From Candidatus Taylorbacteria bacterium RIFCSPLOWO2_02_FULL_44_35 (GTDB taxonomy: Bacteria > Patescibacteriota > Minisyncoccia > Phycocordibacterales > DSPV01), in the NCBI GenBank assembly GCA_001822695.1, contig MHSF01000023.1:1257-43335 (forward strand): a stretch of 42,079 nucleotides of DNA, read 5' to 3'. This document shows, piece after piece, positions 9,281-18,247 of this stretch. Position numbers and translations under genes: made by a program. Each line of letters starts with the position of its first letter. Positions within the stretch are counted from its first letter, which is position 1. The notes under the pieces are model-generated. The model had not been told where the DNA came from. It searched no databases and saw only the letters and a list, made by a program, of their open reading frames with translations.

Positions 9281-11473
9281 TTAAACAAAAATTTTTTGAA
9301 ACGCCCTGAAAACATCTTTTACTGTTGTATTATCCAAAGCTTTTTTGGTGAGTTCCAGTGAACCAGCTTTTTTAAAAGCGAAAATGGTCGGCGGCACGGG
9401 TGGCTCGGGTAAAACAAGAATGTGGCGGCTTTGACGCGGTACCAATTCTTTCGTATCAACCGGGCCGTTAATCACCACTAATGGCACTTCGAGAGCATCG
9501 GCAATATGCATCGGGCCGGTATTGCCACAAATGAAAACCGAACATTTTTTTATAATCGTCGGCAATTCTTCCAATGAAAAATCGGTCGCTTCGGCAAAAA
9601 TAATTTTGGTTAATTTTCTTAAATCCGCAATCTTATTTTTATCGCTCTTCGCGCCCACCACGACAAACTTAACATTTTGGTAAGCGGTTGATATTTTTTC
9701 CATTAGCAAAGCGAAATTTTCAATCCCCCACTCTTTGGTTTTGTTATAACCGGCGGTAATACTTAGGCCTATGATTTTGTCACTCTCGGTAAAATCGGCG
9801 CCGCGAAAAAATTCGGCAACTTTAGTTTCGGCTTCCGGAAAAATAACAACTTTCTTTTTTCCATCATTTTTATCTACGCCGATATGCCTAAGCATTTTCA
9901 AATAAAAAGCCACCAAATCTGTTGAGTGAGGATAAAATTCCCTGATATTCGCCAGCCAATCCGTCAGCCATTCGGCCCAAGGCCGGTTTTTCCTAGCCAA
10001 CTTAATTCTTGTGGGAATTAAACCGAAAAACATCAAAAGCGAACTGCGGGCGGTACCGGACAAAGAAATACCAACATCAAATTTCCCTTTCCTGATTTTT
10101 TTCATCAAACTAAATCGGTTTACTGAATCATAAATAATTAATTCATCTATATCGGGATTTTGTCTGACAATACCCGCCGCTTGCGTTGCCGCCAAAACGG
10201 CGAGACGACAATCAGGAAAAGTTTTTTTAATGGCATCAAAAACCGCCGTGGCGGCGACCAAATCGCCAATTCTAGTTAGTTGCGGAATTACCAAAATCCT
10301 TTTTTTACTTGGGAGTTGAGCTCCCAAGTGATTGATGTGAGTTAAAATTTTAACTGCCCGATTGTCCCAAGTGTAAAATTTGCTTTTTTCCACCGCCCGC
10401 GCCGCTTTCTCTTTCGCCGCCTCGGCATCACTAAGCGCCAAATTTACTTTCTCGGCAAAAGACATGGGATTATCAGCTTCCGCCAGAAAAGCCGAACCAT
10501 CATCAACAATCTCGGCAATGGACGGGATATTGGAAACCACCAGAGGCGTGCCGGAAGAGATATATTCAAAAAGTTTCATCGGCGAAGTGTAATAAAGCGA
10601 AACTTTCTGTTTGCCGGTATTGGGTAAAACTAAAACATCAGCCGCTTGGCACCAAAATGGCATCAGTTCATGAGGCTGAAAAGGAACAAAAACAACTCTT
10701 TCATCATTGGCTTCCGGCAGGCGTTTCTTTAAATCTTCAACATCGGCAGTCGCGCCGCCCACGAGGTAAACTTTTGCCACTGGAGAAATTTTGTCAATCG
10801 CCAAAATCAAAGTTTCCACCCCCTTCCAATTAAACAAAGCGCCGGTATAAAGGACGATTTTCTCGTCAATTGGCAAGCCCAATTTTTTCCTGACCTCGTT
10901 TTTGGGAATTACTGCTGAAAACTTTTCCACATCAGTGCCGTTGGGCCAATAAACCACACGCTTCTCAGGAATTCCAAAATCTTTTCTCAATGCTTCTATT
11001 TTCCAACGGGTTTGCACGGCAAAACCGAAGGATTTATTCATTACCCGCCGATACATAAAATTTTTCCCGGGAAAATGATGGATGTCATAGAAAATCTTTG
11101 AGGCCACCAAAGAAACGAAAAACAATGGCATATAATCATGAGAGAAAAAAACCGCTTCGACCCGATCTCTTTTTTTGAACAAAAAATAAAGGATGGTAAA
11201 AAGAGAAAAAGAAATCATTTGCAGGAAAAAAGTTAACCATTCCAGCCAGCGCGGCAGAAAAGGCAGAAAATCAAAACAAAAAATTTTGTTGATTTTGAAA
11301 TTGGGCTTGACACCGTAAAACAAAAACGGGTCGCCCGAGCGACGCCAAAGTTTTGGCACCACAAGTTCCACTGATGCGCCAGTGCGAGCGAAAGCCTCGC
11401 AAATTTTCATTGTCGCTAGACCGTGGGCCTTTTCGGTCGGCAAACGCGTATTGGCAATATAAATAATTTTCAT
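9281..11473 (-). CDS. fusion glycosyltransferase: GT4-like (GT-B) N-terminal half and GT9 heptosyltransferase-like C-terminal half
   Basis: Starts MKIIYIANTRLPTEKAHG (GT4-like). The C-terminal half has RILVIPQLTRIGDLV...CSVFICGNTGPMHIADAL (GT9-like). The ATG at 11473 replaces the longer ORF start at 11584. Confidence 0.7.
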   Translation of the reverse strand: MKIIYIANTRLPTEKAHGLATMKICEAFARTGASVELVVPKLWRRSGDPFLFYGVKPNFKINKIFCFDFLPFLPRWLEWLTFFLQMISFSLFTILYFLFKKRDRVEAVFFSHDYMPLFFVSLVASKIFYDIHHFPGKNFMYRRVMNKSFGFAVQTRWKIEALRKDFGIPEKRVVYWPNGTDVEKFSAVIPKNEVRKKLGLPIDEKIVLYTGALFNWKGVETLILAIDKISPVAKVYLVGGATADVEDLKKRLPEANDERVVFVPFQPHELMPFWCQAADVLVLPNTGKQKVSLYYTSPMKLFEYISSGTPLVVSNIPSIAEIVDDGSAFLAEADNPMSFAEKVNLALSDAEAAKEKAARAVEKSKFYTWDNRAVKILTHINHLGAQLPSKKRILVIPQLTRIGDLVAATAVFDAIKKTFPDCRLAVLAATQAAGIVRQNPDIDELIIYDSVNRFSLMKKIRKGKFDVGISLSGTARSSLLMFFGLIPTRIKLARKNRPWAEWLTDWLANIREFYPHSTDLVAFYLKMLRHIGVDKNDGKKKVVIFPEAETKVAEFFRGADFTESDKIIGLSITAGYNKTKEWGIENFALLMEKISTAYQNVKFVVVGAKSDKNKIADLRKLTKIIFAEATDFSLEELPTIIKKCSVFICGNTGPMHIADALEVPLVVINGPVDTKELVPRQSRHILVLPEPPVPPTIFAFKKAGSLELTKKALDNTTVKDVFRAFQKIFV

Positions 11474-11480
11474 AAATGTA

Positions 11481-11613
11481 AAATTGCAAAAATCGTTGAA
11501 GGCGCAGGTTTGGTGGAGACTTGCGAGCACGGCTGGCGCGAGCACGAGGAATTTTTTAGTAAAAAAATATCCGTGCTCCGACAAACCTGTGCCAAGAAAG
11601 ATTTTTGCAATTT
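11481..11613. repeat. 133-nt long imperfect inverted repeat (three nested stems)
   Basis: AAATTGCAAAAATC (11481-11494) pairs with GATTTTTGCAATTT (11600-11613). GGCGCAGGTTTG (11501-11512) pairs with CAAACCTGTGCC (11582-11593). GAGCACGG (11525-11532) pairs with CCGTGCTC (11571-11578). Confidence 0.7.
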
Positions 11614-12229
11614 ATTTAACCGCATAAATATAATAACCGGCAGTGGTGTGTCTTTGTTTCGTCCTAAATAACTTATCCAAAAAAGTAGACAACGGGTCAA
11701 TAATAAAACGAATTTTATGCTGAAACGGCAGAAAGAAAAACAGCGCCTTGAAATAACCGCCGCGCTTGACGAATTCTACTTCCTTGAAACCTTGAAATAA
11801 AACCAGAATGGTGTCGTCAAAAATTCGCCACAAATCTTGGTAGGAGCCTTTTCTGGCGTGGTAAGGATAAATCGACGGCACATGAACAAAAGCCCGACCG
11901 TTTGGTTTCAAAATTCGTTCAATTTCCTTCATCGCTTGAAGCGGATTTTCCACGTGTTCCAAAACCGAGTGGCAAATTACCGAATCAACAGAATTATCAG
12001 TTAGCGGAATTTTGTGGATATCGCCGATTACATCAGCGCCCGTTTGTTTGTCATAATCCATTGTTTGAAATCGGCAACCGCGAAAAAGTGGCCGGTAAGG
12101 CGCCAGCCATTTCTGAAATCTCTCTCCGCCGCCGACATCCAAAACAAAACCACCGGTAGCGGCGATCGCTTTAATTTTTTGGTCAATAAAATCGGCAAAA
12201 TCCAAATCGGAAAGTTTTATCATAATCAT
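11612..12229 (-). CDS. class I SAM-dependent methyltransferase
   Basis: VLDVGGGE (motif I) and ICHSVLEHVENP...ILKPNGRAFVHVP. Confidence 0.7.
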   Translation of the reverse strand: MIMIKLSDLDFADFIDQKIKAIAATGGFVLDVGGGERFQKWLAPYRPLFRGCRFQTMDYDKQTGADVIGDIHKIPLTDNSVDSVICHSVLEHVENPLQAMKEIERILKPNGRAFVHVPSIYPYHARKGSYQDLWRIFDDTILVLFQGFKEVEFVKRGGYFKALFFFLPFQHKIRFIIDPLSTFLDKLFRTKQRHTTAGYYIYAVK

Positions 12230-12235
12230 AAGCTA

Positions 12236-13309
12236 TCACGATTTTTGCTCTTTGAAAACTGAAATTAAACGGCTGGCAAGCAAAACAAGATTATGATTTT
12301 GGACAATTTCTTGCCGGAATTGATTTCGATATTTTACCAATAAGGTTTCGGGTAGAGAGAGCGTGAATTTGATTTTCTTCACCAAATCGCGGTTATCATT
12401 TTCCTCGAAGCGAAATGCCGGCGGAATAAGATTATCAAAAGCTGGACTAGAAACCAAAGGCAAAGTGCCGCAAGCCATGCCTTCCAAAACCGTTTTGTCG
12501 TAATTGCCTTTAGGTGTCAGATTCACTGATACAAGATAGGCATTGAAAATCGCTGGCGTTTGTTCGTTCGGCACGGCGCCGCGGAAGAAAAGTTTGCCTT
12601 TCTTCTGAAGCACCACTGAAATTCCTTTAAGCCGCTCAAAATAGCCGCTATCTTTCGCGGCCGCGGCGCCGTAAATATCCAAAACAAAATCTACACCCTC
12701 CTCGTCCAAAATCCTTGCCGCCCCAATTAAAACATCAACTTTTTTTAACGGCGCGATTCGGCCGATGTACATTATGCTTTTCGGCTGACGATTTATTTTT
12801 TCATCCGGTTTAAAAAATTCCGTATCTATACCGGCCGGCATCCGCCGAGATTTTTTTGTGCCGGCAGTATAAGCGAATGGCGAAGTGTGACAAACGACAT
12901 CAGATATAAACATTGCCGTTTTAGTCAAAAAATTACCGCAAGTGTGGTTATACCAAAACACGATTCTCTTGCCTAAAATTTTCCAAACCAATCCGCCAAG
13001 CAAAACATATTCCTGATTCATATGGACAAAAACCGTGTCATAATTTTTTCGTTCGCGGCAAATATATTTGTAGAAATTAAAAAGGTATTTGAATCTTTGG
13101 ATAAACTTGTAACTTGTAACTTGTAACTTGTAACTTTCTTTGCCGAGAGAAAGAACTTTTATATTAGGTGGCAAAGAATACTCGCCGCGTTTCAAACAAA
13201 TCACGGTGATTTTTTCAAAATTTTTCGCGAACTCCAAAAGCCAGCGGTGAAAAAAACCGAGCACCGCGTCGTTCCTGTCCACTTTTTGAGTAATAATCAA
13301 AAGTTTCAT
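12236..13309 (-). CDS. GT4-family (GT-B) glycosyltransferase
   Basis: Starts MKLLIITQKVD. C-terminal E..GMACGTLPLVS-type EX7E region. The start at 13309 avoids overlap with the upstream gene. Confidence 0.7.
   Translation of the reverse strand: MKLLIITQKVDRNDAVLGFFHRWLLEFAKNFEKITVICLKRGEYSLPPNIKVLSLGKESYKLQVTSYKFIQRFKYLFNFYKYICRERKNYDTVFVHMNQEYVLLGGLVWKILGKRIVFWYNHTCGNFLTKTAMFISDVVCHTSPFAYTAGTKKSRRMPAGIDTEFFKPDEKINRQPKSIMYIGRIAPLKKVDVLIGAARILDEEGVDFVLDIYGAAAAKDSGYFERLKGISVVLQKKGKLFFRGAVPNEQTPAIFNAYLVSVNLTPKGNYDKTVLEGMACGTLPLVSSPAFDNLIPPAFRFEENDNRDLVKKIKFTLSLPETLLVKYRNQFRQEIVQNHNLVLLASRLISVFKEQKS
13104..13136. repeat. tandem heptanucleotide repeat (AACTTGT) x4.7 inside the GT4 CDS
   Basis: Read directly: aacttgt aacttgt aacttgt aacttgt aactt. 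Unit length is not a multiple of 3. Confidence 0.95.
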
Positions 13310-13313
13310 ATTT

Positions 13314-15428
13314 TCATTTTTTCGATTCAATTTTTTCAATAATTTTTTCGGCAAACTTTGCACTATCAAAGCCAATAATTTCGCAACCTAGTTCCCGGGC
13401 CGCGCCGACATCAGTGGAAATTACCGATAGACCGGCGGCTCGCGCTTCCGCCATTGTCAAACCATAACCCTCGTACAAAGAAGTGTTCAAAAAAACATCG
13501 GCGGTTTTGTAATAAGGTGCCAAATTATCCAACCATTTTTCAAAAATAATACTATCTTGTAACTTGTAACGTATAACTTGTAACTTTAAGACACCGAGGA
13601 GGGAGCCGGAACCGACGATGACGAGACCAACATGGGGAAATTTTTTAACCACTGCCCGCCAAGCGTCAAGCAATAAGCTAAAATTTTTCTCCGGCTCCAA
13701 ACGACCGGCGGCTAAAGCGATAAAATTAAACTGGGGATATTTTTTTCGCAAATCATTTTCCGGCGAAATGGTGGTATTTTTGATTTTTTCTCCATCAATT
13801 TTTATGGGTCTAATCTCAATTTTATCTTCGGCAATTTTTAGATGGGGCTGGAGAAAATTTTTAATTCTGTTTGAAACAACCCTGATTTTATCGGCCCTGG
13901 GCAGTAAAAACTTTGCCAACTGAAAACGCAAAAAATTTAAAAATGCCAAGCGCCAGCCAAGTTTCAAGCTGGTAAAAAAAGGACTGCCAAGGTCGGTGTG
14001 AATTTGCAATTTTAGTGGAATCTTAAATTTTTTCGCCAATCGCCAACCAACTAAACCGGTTTCAAACGGGTCCTGACAGGTAATCAGACAATTTCTAATT
14101 TCTAATCCCCAATTTCTAATGACTGATTTACCGAGGCGAATGGCGTCAAAAACATAGAAAAATTTTGAAAATGAACTGGTGGGATACACAAAAACATTTT
14201 TGGAGATCTGTCCCGATTTTGCTTTGCAAAATCGAGGATCCTCGATTTTTGTAAACAAAAATCGGGAGAATTGGGAATTTTTCTTGTTGAAAATTATTAT
14301 ATGTATTTCGCCAAAAAGCTTGCCATATTCAATCATCCGCGCCTGGACGGCACTGCCCTCTTCAAAAATCTTCCTATCGGTAGAAATCATCAGAAGTTTG
14401 TCCGTCTTGCCCGTTGCGCCATTATGCAATTCAGAATAAACAGCTAAAAATTCGTTGGCAATGTCGCGCCAAGTGTGAGTCCAATTGAAATTTTCAATCT
14501 TTTGCCGGCACTGTTCGTAATTTTTTTCTTCAGCTAAATATGAAATCTTTTCGGCAATGTCATTGGTATTTTCCGGGTCCACAAAAAGACCAACATTTCT
14601 CAAGCGTTCGTAAAGTCCGGTTTCTCTGGTTAAAATAAACGGCTTATTATGACGAATGGCGTCTAAAATCAAATTGGGGCTGACATCGCCGAGTGACGCC
14701 AAAATCACGGCATAACAATGAGCCACTTTCTCCATAAATTTATCAAACGGCTTAGTAGTGTCATCATAAACAATCGCCGCGTTTTTGATTTTGGTTTTCT
14801 CAAAAGCCGCCGCCAATCGTTTGGCGTTTTTCCATTTGAGCGGCCTCGCGCCAGCGATATAATTCTTTTCCGTTGGTGGAAAAGACGGCTCTTTTTGCCC
14901 ATAATAATTTTCTACGATCGTAGTTTTCGCTTCATCAAAACCATAAACCGGCAACCAAATTTTTCTTTGCCAATCGGTGCTAAAAATCAAGCGGCTGGCG
15001 TTTCGTACCGTCCAACACGAGAGTTTGAAAACAATTCTCTCTTTTAAATTCAACTTGTCCAACCGTGTTCGGTAGAAATTTTTGAGTAGAACCAAATCGC
15101 CGGTCCGCTCCACATACCATTCCCACAAAAAATCACCACCGGTGCGGATAATAATTTTTTTGCCCAAAAATCGCGCCGCCGCCACTGCCGGCATGGCCAC
15201 GCTAAAAGTGTCCAACGCCACTACTAAATCAGATCTAGGAAAAAACAGGAAGCAACGCAAGAAAAACCAAATATGGCGAACCACCATTGGCAAATTTTTC
15301 TCCAATTGATAAGTCAAAATTTTAACGTTGTGTCCTTGCGCCTCAAATTCCACCTTCAAATTTTTGGCGTATTGGGCCGGTCCTCCGATTTCCGGCGGGT
15401 ATATGCCCGTAGCGATAACGATTTTCAT
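13314..15428 (-). CDS. double GT-B glycosyltransferase (two GT4-like modules fused)
   Basis: 704 aa. N-terminus MKIVIATGIYPPEIGGPAQY. Second module begins KLLMISTDRKIFEEGS... and has a C-terminal YEGYGLTMAEARAAGLSVIST motif. Confidence 0.7.
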   Translation of the reverse strand: MKIVIATGIYPPEIGGPAQYAKNLKVEFEAQGHNVKILTYQLEKNLPMVVRHIWFFLRCFLFFPRSDLVVALDTFSVAMPAVAAARFLGKKIIIRTGGDFLWEWYVERTGDLVLLKNFYRTRLDKLNLKERIVFKLSCWTVRNASRLIFSTDWQRKIWLPVYGFDEAKTTIVENYYGQKEPSFPPTEKNYIAGARPLKWKNAKRLAAAFEKTKIKNAAIVYDDTTKPFDKFMEKVAHCYAVILASLGDVSPNLILDAIRHNKPFILTRETGLYERLRNVGLFVDPENTNDIAEKISYLAEEKNYEQCRQKIENFNWTHTWRDIANEFLAVYSELHNGATGKTDKLLMISTDRKIFEEGSAVQARMIEYGKLFGEIHIIIFNKKNSQFSRFLFTKIEDPRFCKAKSGQISKNVFVYPTSSFSKFFYVFDAIRLGKSVIRNWGLEIRNCLITCQDPFETGLVGWRLAKKFKIPLKLQIHTDLGSPFFTSLKLGWRLAFLNFLRFQLAKFLLPRADKIRVVSNRIKNFLQPHLKIAEDKIEIRPIKIDGEKIKNTTISPENDLRKKYPQFNFIALAAGRLEPEKNFSLLLDAWRAVVKKFPHVGLVIVGSGSLLGVLKLQVIRYKLQDSIIFEKWLDNLAPYYKTADVFLNTSLYEGYGLTMAEARAAGLSVISTDVGAARELGCEIIGFDSAKFAEKIIEKIESKK
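13556..13588. repeat. degenerate copy of the AACTTGT heptamer array
   Basis: cttgt aacttgt aacgtat aacttgt aacttta, located within CDS 13314-15428. Confidence 0.85.
14091..14118. repeat. heptanucleotide array ATTTCTA (x3 plus one divergent unit) inside a CDS
   Basis: atttcta atttcta atcccca atttcta. Confidence 0.85.
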
Positions 15429-15478
15429 TCAATCAATATGCTAGCACAAAAAACATCCGAGCAGAAAACCTGATATTT

Positions 15479-17224
15479 TTACATTTTTTCCGGTGCCTGA
15501 ATACCCAATAACCAAAGGCCGTTTTTTAAAACGATGGAAACGGCGCGGGTTAAGGCAAGACGATAATTCTCTTCTTTAGAATTAATAATTTGATTGTGGG
15601 CGTAAAAATTATTGAAAGCGCTGGCTAATTCAATAAGATAAGTGGCGACATAATGCGGTTCGTATTCCGCCGCCGCCCGCGCCGCCACTTCCGGAAAGCG
15701 ATAAAGTGACCGTTCTAAAATCTTCGGACTCAAAGGTTCAACCTTGGAGAATTTTTTTTGGGTCTTTAAAGGTTGAACCTTTATTTCTTCGGTTTTTGCT
15801 AACACCGACCTCGCCCGAGCGTAGGTGTATTGCAAATACGACCCCGAATCGCCTTTAAAAGAAATGGATTTTTCAAAATCGTAAATAATATCGGCACCGA
15901 TATTCTGCTTCAAAATGGAATACTTAATTGCGCCGACGCTAACTTGTTCGGCAATTTTTTGCTTCTCTATCGCCGGTAAATCTCGCTCCGCCACTTTTTC
16001 CGCCACTAAATTCTCCACCGTGCTAATCAGCGACTCACCGGTAACGACATTGCCTAACCGCGACGACATTTTGCCGGAAGCGAACCGCAGCAGACCGTGG
16101 GAAATATGCTTTGTCTTTTCTGCAATCACCGGCATCACCTCCTCCATCGCTTTGAGTACTACCTTGAAATAGTCGCTCTGCTCGTTGGCGGTAACAATAA
16201 CTGACTGGTTTATATCCGGCTCTTTTTCAAACTTCGCTCTGTTTAGCCCAAGCTCCTTGGCCTCGTAGGTTGGGAGTCCTTGTGAAGTGATAAAAACTCT
16301 GGTGTGCAGCCCAAATTTTTCTCCTCGGAAGATAACGGCGTTTTCGCTTTTCTCAAACACCCCCTTCTTCAAAAACTCGGCGACAATTTTCTCGCCCTCA
16401 CGCCCTTCTTGGCTCTCAAAAAAGTAGTAATCAAACTTCGTGCCAAGCTTTTTATAGATTTCCTCAAAGTGCGCCAAACTTATCTTCCGCCCTTCTTCGT
16501 AGAGTTTGTTCACTTCCGGGTCTGACTTTTCAAAAATTTTCTTATTCAAATCATCAATTTCTATCTTGGCTTCGGGGTCTTTTTCATAAGCGGCCGATCC
16601 CATAACATAAGCTTGCCCCAACAGAGCAACGGCATCATTTTGAAAATTGAAAATTGAAAATTGAAAATTGTTCTTCAAAACTCCCCAAATCGCCTTCGCC
16701 ACATGAAGTCCGACATCGCCTTGCCAACAGGCGCGGACTACTTTCGCGCCGGAAAATTCAATAAGCCGCGCGATTGATTCGCCGACGGCGTTGCTCATTA
16801 AGTGGCCAATATGAAATTCCTTGAACGGATTAGGGTTGGTGTATTCCACCATCACCTTTTTGCCAGCGAGCGTTTGGTTTTTGCTGAAATTTTCGCCTTG
16901 GGCGAAAATTTCAGCCAGCGAGTCGGCAAAAAATCTCGACGACAGGTAAAAATTTATGAACCCTGCACCCGCGATTTCTGTCCTTTCTAAAAAGGCGAAA
17001 CCCCGCCACGGCGGGGTTTCGCCTTTATTCTTAATCTCCGCAACAATCTTTTCCGCCACCTCTCTCGGCTTCATCTTGAGTTCTTTGGCATACACCAACG
17101 CCACATTTGTAGAATAATCCCCATGCGCCAAATCCGCCGGGTGTTCAAGCAAGATTCCCCTCGCTTCAATATCTAAATTCTTTAATGCCCCCTTAATTAA
17201 ATCTGTGAGCTTTTCCTGAATCAT
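15479..17224 (-). CDS. argS: arginine--tRNA ligase
   Basis: 581 aa. HIGH-type FHIGHLMSNAVGESIARL, an N-terminal Arg_tRNA_synt_N-like region, YLQYTYARARSVL, and a C-terminal ...GIQAPEKM typical of ArgRS. Confidence 0.95.
   Translation of the reverse strand: MIQEKLTDLIKGALKNLDIEARGILLEHPADLAHGDYSTNVALVYAKELKMKPREVAEKIVAEIKNKGETPPWRGFAFLERTEIAGAGFINFYLSSRFFADSLAEIFAQGENFSKNQTLAGKKVMVEYTNPNPFKEFHIGHLMSNAVGESIARLIEFSGAKVVRACWQGDVGLHVAKAIWGVLKNNFQFSIFNFQNDAVALLGQAYVMGSAAYEKDPEAKIEIDDLNKKIFEKSDPEVNKLYEEGRKISLAHFEEIYKKLGTKFDYYFFESQEGREGEKIVAEFLKKGVFEKSENAVIFRGEKFGLHTRVFITSQGLPTYEAKELGLNRAKFEKEPDINQSVIVTANEQSDYFKVVLKAMEEVMPVIAEKTKHISHGLLRFASGKMSSRLGNVVTGESLISTVENLVAEKVAERDLPAIEKQKIAEQVSVGAIKYSILKQNIGADIIYDFEKSISFKGDSGSYLQYTYARARSVLAKTEEIKVQPLKTQKKFSKVEPLSPKILERSLYRFPEVAARAAAEYEPHYVATYLIELASAFNNFYAHNQIINSKEENYRLALTRAVSIVLKNGLWLLGIQAPEKM
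16640..16670. repeat. tandem heptanucleotide repeat (TTGAAAA) x4.4 inside argS
   Basis: ttgaaaa x4 then ttg. Encodes NNFQFSIFNFQN on the minus strand. Confidence 0.95.
16991..17026. repeat. 36-nt perfect palindrome inside argS (terminator-like)
   Basis: AAAGGCGAAACCCCGCC ac GGCGGGGTTTCGCCTTT. In frame, encoding ..KGETPPWRGFAF.. Confidence 0.95.
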
Positions 17225-17233
17225 AAAACCATT

Positions 17234-18247
17234 TTAGCACACAATCTGTTTTGCTCCCCAGAAATCAAGGATGGTTTCCGTTAATTGATAACAATTTCCA
17301 CACTTCAAAAGCCCGAGGTAAGAAGTGATTGATTCCTGTTTCGGATTTTCTACCAAACGCTTAAACATTCTTCTTTTTGTTGTCATCCGCAAAACTCGGT
17401 GGTTGGGAAAATGAACCCAACCCAAAAAATCCGCGCCCGAAGCAACAGTTTTGATAAAGATTTTATCAATATTAATTTCCAGTTTTAGTGTGTCCCGCAA
17501 AAAGTTTTTCATTTGGAACAAAATTTCCTCAAGCCAAGTCCTACTTTCCGAAAAAACAACAAAATCATCGGCGTAGCGGATGTAAAATTTCGCTTTTATC
17601 TTATGCTTCATAAATTGGTCAAATTCGTTAAGGTAAATGTTGGCGAATAATTGCGAAGTTAAATTGCCGAGTGGCAAACCTCTTCCGTAAAAACCAGCGG
17701 TGTAAAAACTGTTGATGATTTCAGCGAGAAGTTGAATAATTTCTTCATCAAAAATTCGCTTGCGTAAAATTCGCAATAAGATTCCGTGGTCAATATTGGC
17801 AAAAAACTTCCTGATGTCGCATTTCAAAACCCAACAGGATTTTGTATTGTTTTTGCTAACTTTCCAGACAAATGTACGAAAACGATTGATAGCTTTGTGA
17901 GTTCCTTTTTCGTTTCGGCAGGAAAAAGAATCGGCAATGAAAGTTTGGTCAAAAAATGGATAAAGTTTTCGATATACGGCTCGATGAAGCAAGCGGTCGC
18001 GAACACTTGCCTTGTGAATATTTCTTGGCTTCGGGTCAGAAATTCTGAAAGCTCGGTAACTACCGTGGCGATAGGTTTTTGCTCGCAAATCATTATGAAG
18101 CGAAATGACATTATCCATCAGACGCAAACTAAATTCCTGCACATCCAGCTTTTTTCTTTTTCCTTTCACAAATTCTCTCCAAGCGCCGAGCAAGTCTTCC
18201 AAAGAAATGATATCCTCGTAGCTATGGTTGAATTGAATCCCACTCAT
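17234..18247 (-). CDS. DGR reverse transcriptase (intact)
   Basis: LPLGNLTSQLFANIYLNEFD (DGR-diagnostic [IL]G.LTSQ motif), YADDFVVF catalytic box, and an N-terminal LLGAWREFVKGKRKK..PKPRNIHKASVRDRLLHRAV. Collinear with Bordetella phage Brt as recalled. The ATG at 18247 (MSGIQF) is preferred over 18322, which would overlap avd. Confidence 0.93.
   Translation of the reverse strand: MSGIQFNHSYEDIISLEDLLGAWREFVKGKRKKLDVQEFSLRLMDNVISLHNDLRAKTYRHGSYRAFRISDPKPRNIHKASVRDRLLHRAVYRKLYPFFDQTFIADSFSCRNEKGTHKAINRFRTFVWKVSKNNTKSCWVLKCDIRKFFANIDHGILLRILRKRIFDEEIIQLLAEIINSFYTAGFYGRGLPLGNLTSQLFANIYLNEFDQFMKHKIKAKFYIRYADDFVVFSESRTWLEEILFQMKNFLRDTLKLEINIDKIFIKTVASGADFLGWVHFPNHRVLRMTTKRRMFKRLVENPKQESITSYLGLLKCGNCYQLTETILDFWGAKQIVC

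Noticed and set aside
13104-16670. CRISPR array or other spaced repeats
   Set aside because: The repeats are contiguous 7-mers with no spacers and lie inside coding sequences. No cas genes are present. The Cas2-like fold in 25232-25810 belongs to a PaaX-type regulator context.
17234-18247. Reverse transcriptase as a group II intron, retron or Abi-type RT
   Set aside because: There is no maturase/En domain and no intron RNA domain V/VI-like structure. The LGNLTSQ motif, the adjacent Avd and the adenine-specific TR/VR pairs all point to a DGR.
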